Positions 1 through 11,371 of a stretch of DNA of 64,000 nt are shown here, piece after piece (within the stretch, counting starts at the first letter, position 1; each line of letters starts with the position of its first letter). The notes below the pieces were generated by a model. The model saw only the letters and a program-made list of their open reading frames with translations, was not told the origin of the DNA and searched no databases. The DNA lies in assembly GCA_000091205.1 (NCBI GenBank), contig AP006502.2; one strand, written 5' to 3'. The stretch comes from Cyanidioschyzon merolae. Taxonomy: Eukaryota. The position numbers and the translations under genes are program-made.

Positions 1-132
1 GGTCAATCGCTTCGTCAAGCCAACCTCTACGTCGAGTTGTACGAGGCGCTGAAGCAACGCGATTTGTGGATGCGCGAGGCGCAGGCACTGGCTCGCAGCT
101 TGCGGTTCCTCCGTCAGGCGTTCCACTATTGA
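1..132 (+). CDS. 3' end of an upstream gene (partial CDS entering the window; product unknown)
   Basis: Frame 1 is open from base 1 to TGA at 130-132 and reads ...QANLYVELYEALKQRDLWMREAQALARSLRFLRQAFHY*. Codon usage looks coding and matches neighbouring genes. No in-window start codon, so it is absent from the ORF track. Confidence 0.3.
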   Translation, partial: GQSLRQANLYVELYEALKQRDLWMREAQALARSLRFLRQAFHY

Positions 133-1396
133 CAAAGAGACACGCTACCAGCGTTTGGTGGTCATGGTGATGGTGGTAGTTATGGCGGCAGTGTCATATC
201 GATGCTGTCGCTCCAACGACTGCTGCTGTTCCAGGAGCACCGTGATACGGTGCTTCTCGACGAGATATGGTACGAACACCGCATCACCGACGGATGTGCG
301 CTGACGAGGTACTGCTTTTCCATGGGATCTAGCTCAAACGCCGTTTTCTCAACGGATGATGCTCGTCTCTGGTGGAATCGTCAACGCTGGAGCGATGACG
401 CTACTTGTGTTGCTCCATCGGTGATGCCCGGGAAGTTTTCGACGCTGACCTATCGATTCATTTGTGCACTGAGTGCTCGTTATTCGGCCAGGTGATGACT
501 GTATTAGCTGTATCTGATGGGGCAATGACCAACTCCTCTGTGAAGACACCGAGAGAATCCCACCCATTGAAGCTGATGGCCGTTGCGGCATTCGGGTTGC
601 CTCTGAGGCCGTGGACGAGTGCGTCATATCAGCGATTTGTCGCAGAACTTTCCGTTTGCAGAGACGGAGTGATTTATTGGATGGAGGCGGGCTTTAAAAG
701 GCATGAAGCGACGCGATGGAACTCGTTTCCACGATGATATACGCGATCCTGGCATCGTCGCTCGGTCTCTTTCGATGTAGCATGCGTTCACGACGGTTCC
801 GAGTTGCCGCCAGCTACAATGCAGTACGCAGCGGGTTTGGATGACGCTGCTTTCTGTGCTGGGCGCTCAGTCCGGCGCAAATCGTTTGCTGTGCAAAATC
901 AGTAATTTTATCGATTAGGGCGCTTTGGATGCGCGGGTTCTCGTTGTCGCATCAGCCATTCCAGCCGCCGATCATCCGGGTAGCCTCTAATCCCCGTATT
1001 CGATCCTGTAGAGACCCTGAATCGACAGCGATGCACCCACGGGGACACTAGTCCCCATCGAGACCGAGTCTTTCGTGCTGTAGGAGCGCCTGTGTACGAG
1101 TCATTGCCACGCGTTTCTGCATGCCGAACGATAATGCCCCTCATGGGCTCCGAACAAGAGCATCACGACGAATGGGTAGAGCGGTCATGATCAAGAAAAA
1201 TTCTGAGCGCGAGGCCTGCTCAGCAAGATAGCGAAGATACGCTGTACATCTGCGCAGCGTCGTTTCCTATCTCGCAGGCAGATGCCGCCATACCGAAGCA
1301 CTTTGCCTGGGCGAGAATAGGCATTTAACCTGTCGTAATGAGCGTTTGCTCTGGTGCCTTCCGACGACGTCATACCTACTGATTGCTCTGTAGCAT

Positions 1397-2341
1397 TCAA
1401 AAATGAGAACTCCGTTTGCGGCCACTGTATTTGCTGAGGGGGCGCACGGGCTTCCCCTGACGTAACCGTCGAAGACGTTGCTTCTCAATCAAACGACGGA
1501 CCGACTGCACCCTCCTATGAACTGACTTACGGGAAACATTTTGCTGCCTGTTCTTGGGAACTGCAGCGATTGCAGTGTTTCCCGCCGGCGCCCTTGTCTC
1601 ACAGAGCGATGCTTCATCTTCGGACACGTCATCCGTCATTGGTTCCACGAAGCGCCGCGCGACTGCAGGTGATAACGCCTGCTGGCGCATCGTTGTCGCG
1701 CGTTCCGCAGGGCCTGCTTGCAGCACCAAGTAAAACTTCTTTGCACGAGTGCTGTTCGGGTAGTCTACAACGAGCCCGCCATCAAAACCCGCCCGTTTCG
1801 CTTGCGCGAAAATGAAAGCCACCTGGCGTTCGTGGCTCGGGTAGAACTGGAACACTGCCCGCGCACCGCGTCGAAGACATGCATATAATGTCATGAAGAA
1901 GGTAAACAAACGCTTTCGCGGATCCTGGTCGCTTGCGTCAGCATGACAGAGCCACTGGAGCACTGAGATACTCACTGCTCCATCAAAACAGCCGATTTGG
2001 AACGGTAAACCGGCTCCGAGGTCCAGTTGAATGAGGTCACCGTCAACGTCGCGCTCGACGGCGACTGACAGCATGGCAGCGGCGATGTCAAGACCCACCC
2101 ATAGGTGCCCAGCACGGCTCAGGACGTCTCCACTTAGCCCAGTACCGCATCCCAAATCGAGTATGAGTGCAGGGCCCTGCTCTAGTGTCGACGGATCGAG
2201 ATCTAGTAGTTCTAGTGCACGCTCTGCCAAGCGGGTCTGTACCTCGACAGTGTGCGTGTGGTAGATGTACTTGCGTGCTTCCTTCGGGTCGTAGAAGACT
2301 TGCGGCGGTGCCTTGTTCTCGGGGCGCTGCGCCATCGACAC
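1397..2341 (-). CDS. BUD23: 18S rRNA (guanine-N7)-methyltransferase Bud23/WBSCR22 family
   Basis: 314-aa ORF. SAM-binding motif I LDLGCGTGLSG, conserved Bud23 N-terminus (YDPKEARKY..HTVEVQTRLAERALELL), basic Lys/Arg-rich C-terminal tail typical of Bud23. Confidence 0.85.
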   Translation of the reverse strand: MSMAQRPENKAPPQVFYDPKEARKYIYHTHTVEVQTRLAERALELLDLDPSTLEQGPALILDLGCGTGLSGDVLSRAGHLWVGLDIAAAMLSVAVERDVDGDLIQLDLGAGLPFQIGCFDGAVSISVLQWLCHADASDQDPRKRLFTFFMTLYACLRRGARAVFQFYPSHERQVAFIFAQAKRAGFDGGLVVDYPNSTRAKKFYLVLQAGPAERATTMRQQALSPAVARRFVEPMTDDVSEDEASLCETRAPAGNTAIAAVPKNRQQNVSRKSVHRRVQSVRRLIEKQRLRRLRQGKPVRPLSKYSGRKRSSHF

Positions 2342-2893
2342 GCCGTGCTCCGGTTACCAGCACCAGGTCACAGTGACCGGACGAACAATCCCGTCCACTT
2401 TATCGGTGCGCCTTGAGATGCAAGAACGAGAGGTGTGAGCGGCGCGTCAAGTAGAACACCCATACACTGGTATATGGGAAACCACGCGAAAACGCTTGCT
2501 GCCCCTCTTGAGCGACAACGAGCTGAAACTTAGAGTGTCCGGGTCGGCACTTGGGACACAGGTTCCAAAAGCTGGTACAGAGTGCTTTCAGAAGAATGCA
2601 GGCGGTGCCCGTGCTTTCGCCTCTGCACAAAGGTCCCTATGGCTACGGGCTCAAGTGTGAGCTGCTAGTCCACGATTGACGGTTGCGTTTCGCACGGGCG
2701 TCGATGGGAAACGTTGCTGGAATTATTGGGACACATATGTCCATTCGCAAGATCGAACAATATTGTATATCAATACTTATTTCTGTCTTGCCTGTCCATA
2801 AATGGACATGTGCTTTGCACTCCATCGCGCCCTGACCCAGCTCGCTCATCGCTTCGGCCTGCGCTCTAGTCACCAGCTATCACTACTTTCAGA

Positions 2894-3829
2894 ATGGTTC
2901 ACAGGGACCCCGCTGAAGAGCTATGGTGTGAGCTGTGGCAGCCTGGCGTAGACATCACGAGGAAAATGAACGCTATTTTCGGTTTAAAGGAGATCGGTAC
3001 GGAGCGTGCCGTGACGCTGCTCTGCGCAGCGTTACTGGACGCCCGGGAGCGGTCAGTTCTCGTGCGTCACGAAATTGCGTACGTACTCGGCCAGATCCAA
3101 AGTGCAGCTTCTATAAAAACGCTCACTGATAGGTTAATCGATACTGATGAGAACTCAATTGTCCGCCACGAGTGTGGGGAAGCGCTCGGTGCCGTTCGGG
3201 CTTTCGCGGTGCGACCTATCCTGCAGAAACTGTGTGGCGACGCGGTACCCGAAGTTCGCGAGACGTGCGTCCTGGCGCTTGAGCGGTTACGCTGGCTTGA
3301 AGAAAAGTCCACGAACGAGGAGCGCGTGCGAGAAACCTCGGCGAAAGCGTTCAAGCTCTTCGAAACGGTCGATCCAGCGCCGGCTTTTGTTGCACCCGAC
3401 GACCTAGAGGCATCCTGGTCCAACGCTGAGCTCGGTGAACTGCTCTTGAATGAAAACGAACCATTATTTCGAAGGTATCGGGCGCTGTTTACGCTACGTG
3501 ATCGCAATACGGACGATACGGCCGGGGTGATTGCGGCAGCGCTTCGACGGGACACATCGAGTGCCCTGTTCCGGCACGAGGTGGCGTATGTGCTGGGCCA
3601 GATGAGTCGTGCCTGCACGTTACCAGCGTTGGAGTCTGCTCTGGCTGACACACACGAACACGCCATGGTGCGACACGAAGCAGCGGAGGCCATTGGTGCG
3701 ATAGGTAACTCAAGTGCATGCGATATATTGCGGAGATTTCTGCGAGATGCGAATGTCATCGTTCGAGAGAGCTGTCAGGTGGCTCTAGATATAGCTGGAA
3801 TCTCTGACGACTGCCAGTTCATGGACTAG
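2894..3829 (+). CDS. DOHH: Deoxyhypusine hydroxylase (HEAT-repeat, His-Glu diiron motifs)
   Basis: 311 aa. Four HE motifs in the characteristic two-lobed layout (RHEIAYVLGQ, RHECGEALGA, RHEVAYVLGQ, RHEAAEAIGA), as in eukaryotic DOHH. Confidence 0.85.
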   Translation: MVHRDPAEELWCELWQPGVDITRKMNAIFGLKEIGTERAVTLLCAALLDARERSVLVRHEIAYVLGQIQSAASIKTLTDRLIDTDENSIVRHECGEALGAVRAFAVRPILQKLCGDAVPEVRETCVLALERLRWLEEKSTNEERVRETSAKAFKLFETVDPAPAFVAPDDLEASWSNAELGELLLNENEPLFRRYRALFTLRDRNTDDTAGVIAAALRRDTSSALFRHEVAYVLGQMSRACTLPALESALADTHEHAMVRHEAAEAIGAIGNSSACDILRRFLRDANVIVRESCQVALDIAGISDDCQFMD

Positions 3830-5378
3830 ATCATCAGAATTTTTCATATCCGTATCGTGTGCTTGGGCGAGTTGCAATACTCAAGTGTGGCAGCCAACAC
3901 GAACAGGAAATCGCTCTCCGGTACCGAATGGTCTCATGAGCTGCATCGTATTGTCTGTTGATGAGTTGATTGCATTGTCGTGCAGGGAACCTCAGGAGCG
4001 GCTATGGTGATCGGGAATCCCGTTTCAGGCTGGCACCGCTGGACCGAACAAGAATGCACCGTAATCCCTGGATACACAGAGGCGCACTGAACCCATCCAT
4101 GTGAAGCAGGCATGGTGTGAGGCTCCTTCGCAATAAATGGACGCCGCTTGCACCTTGTATGAGGTGCGAATTGTTTGTAGACAATTCGTCGGGAACGTGC
4201 TGATATTCAAGATATCGATGCTGGTGGGTAATTCCGGCAGCAGTGCGCAACTGCGCGCCGAGTCCTTCGAGTGTACTTGCATCCAGTATGGCTTCGCCGC
4301 ATGCCGGCCTCTAAGCCGTGCGAGCAGGGCTTACTCCTTTGCTTTTATCTGTGACAGCCAACACGAGAAGCATACTCGAGTTAGCGCCAACCGATCGTAC
4401 GGGTTCTGAATGTAACCGAGGCACCCAGCAGGCGTGTCGGAACTCTTGTGGATGCATATGCTGGACCGGCGTTCCAGAGCGAACGATTCGAGAAATGGGG
4501 CACTGTTTCGGACTTGTGGGCGCGAGGTCAAGGGCGGCGTAGGTGCGTTCGCAAACGCCGAAGTTGCACGATGCCCCGTTATCGAGGTTTTGTCGATACG
4601 ATTGGGGAGTAAACTCCTGGGTCGATTTTAGCATTCGGTGGCGTCTAGAACGTTCGTTTGGCCCGGATATCGATATGCACGAACTCTCCTGAACGAATGG
4701 CCGGGTCATGTTTAGACACACTCAGTAATATCGAATAATGCAACACCATTCTCGATTGGCAGTCGCCCAGGGATACCATTCCGACTACATAAATACGATG
4801 TTGCAGACTTGTTGTATTCCTGACCATACCATACTACTGAATTGCTCCAGGCGAGAATCAGATGCCGCCTCTCTAATGTCCTTGAATTCGTTTATCAAAG
4901 GTCGTCAGCGATTCAGGGCAATGCCCACGGCCTGTACGCAACGATCCGCTCCGGGGTCCGTTCGATGCAGAGCTCATGCGCGTTTCGCTAGCAGAGGCCA
5001 TCTCCGAACGTTGTTCGACAGACGCTCATATCTCGATCCATAAAGGGCCGTCACACGCTTCGACAGGTAAACGCACACAACTGCATGCCGCTCGCTCTCG
5101 TTGCTCGCTGCATCGGACGTTATCTCAGCGTACCGTGCAACATCTCGAGCGTCCGGCTCTGTTTCACGCTCTTCTCCTCTACCGGCATCAGCGCGCAACC
5201 GTGCTCTTGATTTCTGCATATTGTCCTGCATCCATCGATAAGCATCGGAAAGAATCGATTCCTTCGCTCGTTGCACGCTCTCGTAGATGCAGCAGGAATG
5301 CAGCCCGAGCGCGTTCCAGCGCCTCGAGCGGCAGTGCGCTGCCACCGAACAGCACGACGCATCATGCACTATCGGGTT

Positions 5379-5421
5379 GATGTTCATGTTCATGTTCATG
5401 TTCATGTTCATGTTCATGTTC
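5379..5421. repeat. (ATGTTC)n hexanucleotide microsatellite, ~7 units (3 units in duplicate copy at ~18008-18026)
   Basis: Direct reading: atgttcatgttcatgttcatgttc... Unit number differs between the two duplication copies. Confidence 0.9.
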
Positions 5422-6885
5422 AAGTCCATGTCCTTGATCAAGTCCTTGAGCGTGTCCACGTCCATGTCCATTTCATGGAAACCGTTGGCCAGTCTGCGCT
5501 TCTTGCCTCCGTGCAGCCGGAGCATCGGCGAGTCCGGTGCGGCTCCATCTAGTGCCTCCATAGATTGTCTGCATGAGCCATTTGGACGCTCATGTGCTCC
5601 GTGAATGCGGCGTTCAGAGAATACCTCAGACCGCTGGATTCGGCGCTCAGAGCGTCAACATGGGTCACGACGCTGTCCTTGCACTCGCTGGTAGACCGCT
5701 GGGCGCCCGCCATGTCGGGCTCCCGTTCATGCCCTTCCCTGCACAAGCTGCGCAGTTGCATTTGCTCGCCCTGAGGATCTCCGGATACATCCCCTCGATG
5801 TAGAGATACTGCATCTGAGATGACGGTTTCCAGCTGCGGATCCGGGTCCGCCGCAATGTTCGTCTCGTCGTCTACCCTGACAGGTTGAAAAAGCTGCTCG
5901 TCGGCTGACGCTGGCCTCGGTTTCATGGAGTCTGTGTTTGTGTGTGTGTGTGTGCGTATGTGTGCAGACGGACAGTCCGTCGGTGCATCGTCCCTGTGCA
6001 TTTCGTCTTGTTTCCTTCGTGTGACAGAGAAACCTTGAACGAGCCTCTGCTCTGCTCTGCTCTGCTCTGCTTGAGGCTGCTCGAGCGATACGTCGCTGCT
6101 CGAAGAGATACCAGACCCTCTTCGCTATCCGCTTCACTGGGATGCCCGGTCATGGTCTGGTTGCTATGCTCTACGTCTGTTTTCCTCCTTGAGAAGCACA
6201 CGGACTGGATGGGCACTGTTACTAAGACTCGCCTTCTCTGTGTATGTATCGGCGCTCTCTCGGACACGTTTTCGTTACCTTCTTGAACGCGAGCGTGTCC
6301 ACGCACTGAAACGTGCCCCTGCGCTCCCTCCTGTGCAAGAGACGCGGCCCAACACGGTAGTTCAGGGCTGGTGGAGGTATCGCAAGCGTCGTCGAAAAAC
6401 TCGAGTGTTACGGACGTGACTGACGCACCACTAGATCCGTGAGCGTCAGAGCGGCTTTTGCCAACAGAAAAGACGCTTTCGACTGGAATGGACCAACGGA
6501 GAGTAGACTGGCAGGAAGCGCAGCTCTACGCAGTCTCAGCTGCATACTCGGTGACTGCTTCTTGTTGTGACGGGAACCGACGTTTTCTAGCAGCAGGACA
6601 GAAGAGCTTGGGAACGAGGTTCCGTGAGCACTTCTTAGAAGATTGAGGTTTTTGAAGGATCCGGGCTGTTCAGCGATCTCGGGGCGACCAGACGTGTTAC
6701 CCGCCGCTAGCTAGGACTGTTGTTGCCGTCGCGCTCGCTTGTCTTGGCTGAACGAACTGCGAATCGCCCCTCTTTAACTACCCGTGCGCAAGTCTACGCG
6801 TTCTCACGAACAAAGTCGCATCGAGTGAGACATGCAGCAGTCTGTCCCACGGTAAGCGATCCCTGAACAATACAAAAGCAAAGCT

Positions 6886-6906
6886 GAGCTGAGCTGAGCT
6901 GTCCGA
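6886..6906. repeat. (GAGCT)n microsatellite (expanded to ~11 units at 19488-19546 in copy B); (GT)n at 5934-5960 and (GCTCT)n at 6040-6076 nearby
   Basis: Direct reading of gagctgagctgagctgagctg. Copy B carries a longer array with one variant unit (gagctaagctg). Confidence 0.85.
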
Positions 6907-7339
6907 CACAGGATACGTTCCGGTGGCATCGCGCTTTCTCCCGCGTCCATTGGTGGCCCTTCACCGCTCTTCGTATCATGGGTACGGAAGTTTCAGAAAC
7001 TGTGGCTTTGCCAGTAGAGCTTCATAGCGAACGCTTGGAGACGAATGGAATGACGAGACGACGGTCGTGGAGATCGAGGTCCATAGGTTGCACGTCGGGT
7101 GCACCATGTCCAGACCGAGGACTAGGCAGCGAATGGCCCGTGCATCTGCCCACCGAAGAATGCCTGAATACTACACCTAAGATCCTCTGTCGCATGCTAC
7201 CAGAGACATCATAAAGTCGTCCCGCAACGCTCTTCCAACATGCTGGATACAGTCCATTAGTTGAGTGCCTGCGAGAAAAACAGAGGACGACGATGAAAAC
7301 GGCGTGCTGGTACAGGAGCTCCAGAATGCACTGCTCTGT

Positions 7340-10300
7340 TTATAGGCTCTCGATAGATGCCAAGTACTGGTGTGGGGAGAGCACGCTTGTACCGCCAATT
7401 ACCACGTCAATCTGCAGATGTGTAGCGAGTCCTCGTATCTGCTCCACTTCAAGAGCGGTGACTCCACCAAGTACCACGAACAGGAAGCGATCGTTTCGGT
7501 AACGTTCAGCGGCTCGCTGGAGACGATCCACCAACGCTGCATGCACTCCAGCGTCCTCGGGCAATGTTTCAGTCGCATCTTGCTGCTGCTGCTGCAGTGC
7601 CTCTGTGCCGTCTAAGGCTTCACAAACAGTCGCTTGTGATCGCACGTTCCTTTGTGCACTAGATGGGGGACTTGACGGCGACAGCGCCTCTGCCAGCATG
7701 CCTGCTTCTTCAGCGATACGCAACCTGCTGCGACGTGCACTGCGTTTGACGTCGACATCTGGCGTCGCCCGGTCGACTTGCTGAACGACTCGTGGAGTCG
7801 TTTGCGTGTCGGCTGCCGTTCGCTGTTCGTCGCTTTGATTACATGTTGTCCCTGGACTGTGCATCATATGCGCGTCCTCAGAATGAATACCTTTGCGGGT
7901 GTTCTGGCTGGGCATGGCGTCCAGTTGCATACCGACAGCAGCATCGTGCGTCATATCATGTCCCTGGGTTGCAGGCGTCGTCGTCGTCGTCATCGTCGTC
8001 GTCGCAGCGAGCGGAGCTGTCACGTGAGGCTCGGGCGCTGGCGACGGCGCTCGCGGCTCCACGAGCAACGTAGACAAGAAGAGTTCCGCAGCCGGTGACC
8101 CCAGCGGCTCCTTGTGTTCATGGTCGGACGCAACAGCGCTGTCGTCGTGCCCTTCAGCGACTTCATGTCGTTGTTGAAGATCGAATGCGCCCATATACTG
8201 GAGCAAAATTTGGCTCGCCATCGTCTCCGGTAACAGTAGCGATCCAAGTGACTCGTGTACCAGCACTCGAGCTCGCCGTCTCCGTCGCACGCGGGCGGAG
8301 CGCGTTGCCCACTTGGCGGCACGAAGGCGTTGAAGAAACGCATTCGCCGTTCGTATCAGCGAGTCTTGCGTCTGCAGGTCCAGTCCCGGAATTTTCTGGA
8401 CCAGTTCCCTGACAAGATGTGGGTCCCGGCATCCAAGGAACACCAGCAGTAAGCGCAGCTTGTCGGAGAGCGCATACGTGTCCGCTTCGAGAACCTTTTC
8501 CACGGTACGGCGCATCGTAGCGGAACTGATTCGTGACCCTTGATCCTGCTTGATACCCATGACGATGCACCTTTCCAACGCCGATAAATAGAGTAGATTT
8601 CGTTGTTGCTGTTCTTGGAGACAACGCTCCAGGCTCTTTGCATGCCAGCGCAAAGCGGAAAGCAACTCCAACTGCGCCGGGTCCGCTGCTTGGAGGCTCT
8701 CAAGCGCTCGCTTCAGCGAGGCAAGATCCAGGTCGATACATTCCGCATGAGTCACGCGGTTATCTGAGTCAGGCTCGCTGGATGCGAGGAGCGGCTGCGC
8801 GAGCGCCTGCAGTTTCGCCACAGCGTCCGATAGCGTGTACTGTCGCAGCGCTCGCCAGACCGCATCGTGCTCGGAAGGCCACTGCGGTCGGGCGTTTCCC
8901 GCTGCATCATTCAGTTCCAGAAGCATGCCGCGGTAGGTGTTCACGTGTAGCAGAGGCGTAACGGGGTCCACGGCACGATCCATGAGCAGGAGGTGCAGGG
9001 CACCGCGCCCTGCCACCAAACCTGGACAGAACAGCGGCAAGAGATGCACCGCTGCATACGTCTGAGCCGCCCTGGCAATGCAGGTCGCTTGTTCACTAGC
9101 CGCAGGAGAGGTATGAATCTGAATCCAGGGGGCTTCATTCGCAAAGGTGCCTGCACCCATGCCGTGCAGTAGGGTGCCGATCTGGTGACCGAGTTCCTCC
9201 ATGAGCTGGAACCGCATGGCGCAGGTCTCGGGAGCATCTGCACCGTACAAGAGACCAAATACGTCTTCCCGATTCTCGATACTTACCACTTGTTCCTCGA
9301 TCGGGAAAAAGTCCACATGAATGGGTAGTAAGACGGTGCTTCCGTCAACGTCCGCCCAGGAAATGGCGTGGCGGCGGGGCAGCGGTGCGCTCGGCGAACG
9401 CGTCAACAAGAGCCGCACCGGCACTGGAGCGCTTCGCTTAGCCTCATAGCGCGCCACACTGGTCATCCAGTCGCCCGTTGGAGCCAGAATATAGATTGTT
9501 GGGAGCTCTAGTTCCCGATTTCCGCAACGAGGAAGCTGCTCCAGGAGACATATCCGTGCTGAAGGGAAGCATTCGGCCAAGTTTGGTCCCAGGGCATATT
9601 TCAGGAGCACTGCAGTGCGGGCGTCGAGAACAAGAAGCCAATCTCTTTGCCCAAAGTGCTCCACTTGATCGTGGACAAGGGCGACCAGGAGACGCTGCAC
9701 TCGCTGGACGATGCTGAAAGGTTTTTGAGAATCGTCTATCGACCCGAAGCTCGGCAAACTGAGCATCAAAGGCGACAGGCTGTCCATGGACAGGATCCCC
9801 CCCGGAATACCCCAGCGCGGCTCATTCGCTGCCTCAGACCCGAGACTCGTCGGGCTGAGCGTGCCCTTCTCCGCTGCATCAGCTGCTTGAAATCCGTAGG
9901 CAGCCCCGAAATGCGCTTTTTTCTCGAAGCCAGCTCGTCGCTGCCGTCGTCTGCGCAGAAGGCACCATACCAACAATACACCGAATACCAGAGCGAGTAC
10001 GATCAGCACCGCCACAATGGCAGCTACGGCACCTGTACTGATGCCTTGAGCGGGACCCGCGGTCACAGCGTTGGCCTCGTTTGGATCCTGGACATCAACC
10101 GCGAGCACGTTGTCCGCGCCACAAGATACGGGTCCGAGCGCCGTCAAGTTACTCAAATGGCCCCTGCATACAAAGCGATTCAACGCTGTTTGCCAAGCAT
10201 CTAAAGCACTTGCGCTGATGACGCCCGCATAAGTGGCGATCACTGATCCAGCACGCAGATCGACCAGCACCAGCGGCGGGTCCGACAGAAGCGCTTCGCG

Positions 10301-11371
10301 TATATCCGGATTTCGCAATAGCGCTTCCGTGATATTTTGACTCACGCCAGTGGTAAATTTGCTCAGCATTAATCCCGTAAAATTCAACGGGAAGACTACC
10401 CGACGCGATGATTCTCCCCGGAAGGCAGGGAGTGGCGCGATAGTTGCCTGAGCGCTCCGCACGCCGCTGGCGATCGGGAACGGTAGCGGTGTCGGCACCG
10501 AGTCGCTCCCAGCGCTTTTAGCCGTCACCAGCACATTCGCGTATCGAATACCGGGGCAACGGGCATTGTAGAGGGCCCAGGTACCGCTGGAGAACGTGTT
10601 GTCACTCGTCTCAACAGAGAGCTCTCCGTTAATGAACACTTGAAGGCGGGCGTGATCGCAGCGCACGTGCAGCTCGACAAAGTCTCCGAGCGGGTACGGC
10701 TGCGCGTGCGCCGCTGTCGCAATCGTGTTCCAGCTCCCGTTCGCGACAACCTGCAGCTGCTGAATAGCGCCGCTGGCACGAACTCCCGGCTCTTCCGTGT
10801 TACTCCACACGAAGCGGTAATAGTTATTCGAGTCCTGAATGCGAAACATGACTCCGGCCAGTCCGTTAACTGCGGCATTGATCGCAACATAGATATCGTA
10901 GTTGGTGAGGGTCTCAGAGCCGGCCCCGATGTACTGGAGAAACGTGCCTGCATAGGGGTCGGCGGCGCTATTTGGCGAGAAAATGTTCTTGGTCTGCTCG
11001 AGCACCGCACCGCTCTCGTAACGCATCCCGTTCGCATCCACGTCGGTTTCAATCCAGAAGGAGGGCGCCCCAATCGAGCCCTGGTCCACTGGCTTCCACA
11101 CGCTCGTGTCTATTGGACATATTGGCGCTGTGCAGGAAGAGAAGTCCGTTCCGAAAATGACACCAGACTCGCTCACTCGAAACTTGCTCCAGTCGGGTGA
11201 AGCGCCCCTGACTGATTCGGAAACGCCCAAAAGCGCCAGCACCAGAACAAGCGCGCAGAGCCAGCGGTACCGCCGGGGCCACGGACGCCAGCGCGCACCC
11301 GAGAGCAGCGCGGCAACCGATGCGAACATCCACCACGTCCTGTGACGACTCAGTATAAAACCTGTGCCCAA
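7340..11371 (-). CDS. Sec1/Munc18 (SM) family vesicle-fusion protein with an N-terminal signal peptide, ~400-aa ectodomain and a transmembrane segment in the same ORF
   Basis: 1343-aa uninterrupted ORF. The C-terminal ~800 aa carry SM-family hallmarks (LLVLDARTAVLLKYALG near the domain start; LLLMDRAVDPVTPLLHVNTYRGML matching the LLxxDRxxDxxTPLLHxxTYQ core; C-terminal VVIGGTSVLS ~ IIGGTT motif). The N-terminal part has a hydrophobic signal-like segment (LCALVLVLALLGVSESVRG) and a TM helix (AAIVAVLIVLALVFGVLLVWCLL followed by RRRRQRR). A low-complexity Thr-rich insertion lies inside the SM domain. Confidence 0.7.
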   Translation of the reverse strand: MGTGFILSRHRTWWMFASVAALLSGARWRPWPRRYRWLCALVLVLALLGVSESVRGASPDWSKFRVSESGVIFGTDFSSCTAPICPIDTSVWKPVDQGSIGAPSFWIETDVDANGMRYESGAVLEQTKNIFSPNSAADPYAGTFLQYIGAGSETLTNYDIYVAINAAVNGLAGVMFRIQDSNNYYRFVWSNTEEPGVRASGAIQQLQVVANGSWNTIATAAHAQPYPLGDFVELHVRCDHARLQVFINGELSVETSDNTFSSGTWALYNARCPGIRYANVLVTAKSAGSDSVPTPLPFPIASGVRSAQATIAPLPAFRGESSRRVVFPLNFTGLMLSKFTTGVSQNITEALLRNPDIREALLSDPPLVLVDLRAGSVIATYAGVISASALDAWQTALNRFVCRGHLSNLTALGPVSCGADNVLAVDVQDPNEANAVTAGPAQGISTGAVAAIVAVLIVLALVFGVLLVWCLLRRRRQRRAGFEKKAHFGAAYGFQAADAAEKGTLSPTSLGSEAANEPRWGIPGGILSMDSLSPLMLSLPSFGSIDDSQKPFSIVQRVQRLLVALVHDQVEHFGQRDWLLVLDARTAVLLKYALGPNLAECFPSARICLLEQLPRCGNRELELPTIYILAPTGDWMTSVARYEAKRSAPVPVRLLLTRSPSAPLPRRHAISWADVDGSTVLLPIHVDFFPIEEQVVSIENREDVFGLLYGADAPETCAMRFQLMEELGHQIGTLLHGMGAGTFANEAPWIQIHTSPAASEQATCIARAAQTYAAVHLLPLFCPGLVAGRGALHLLLMDRAVDPVTPLLHVNTYRGMLLELNDAAGNARPQWPSEHDAVWRALRQYTLSDAVAKLQALAQPLLASSEPDSDNRVTHAECIDLDLASLKRALESLQAADPAQLELLSALRWHAKSLERCLQEQQQRNLLYLSALERCIVMGIKQDQGSRISSATMRRTVEKVLEADTYALSDKLRLLLVFLGCRDPHLVRELVQKIPGLDLQTQDSLIRTANAFLQRLRAAKWATRSARVRRRRRARVLVHESLGSLLLPETMASQILLQYMGAFDLQQRHEVAEGHDDSAVASDHEHKEPLGSPAAELFLSTLLVEPRAPSPAPEPHVTAPLAATTTMTTTTTPATQGHDMTHDAAVGMQLDAMPSQNTRKGIHSEDAHMMHSPGTTCNQSDEQRTAADTQTTPRVVQQVDRATPDVDVKRSARRSRLRIAEEAGMLAEALSPSSPPSSAQRNVRSQATVCEALDGTEALQQQQQDATETLPEDAGVHAALVDRLQRAAERYRNDRFLFVVLGGVTALEVEQIRGLATHLQIDVVIGGTSVLSPHQYLASIESL

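Larger units (their letters stand above)
4725..7468. repeat. Segmental duplication copy A (~2.75 kb direct repeat; partner at ~17350-20110)
   Basis: Near-identical sequence, and identical ORF translations (e.g. 4738-5043 = 17368-17673; 4974-5561 ~ 17604-18167), are visible in both copies. Boundaries judged by eye where identity decays (ctcagtaatatcgaataatg ... tccacttcaagagcggtgactccacc). The right edge overlaps the 3' end of the Sec1 gene. Confidence 0.85.

Noticed and set aside
3067-3759. 230-aa minus-strand ORF
   Set aside because: Entirely antisense to the deoxyhypusine hydroxylase CDS and Ser/Arg-rich with no motif; spurious.
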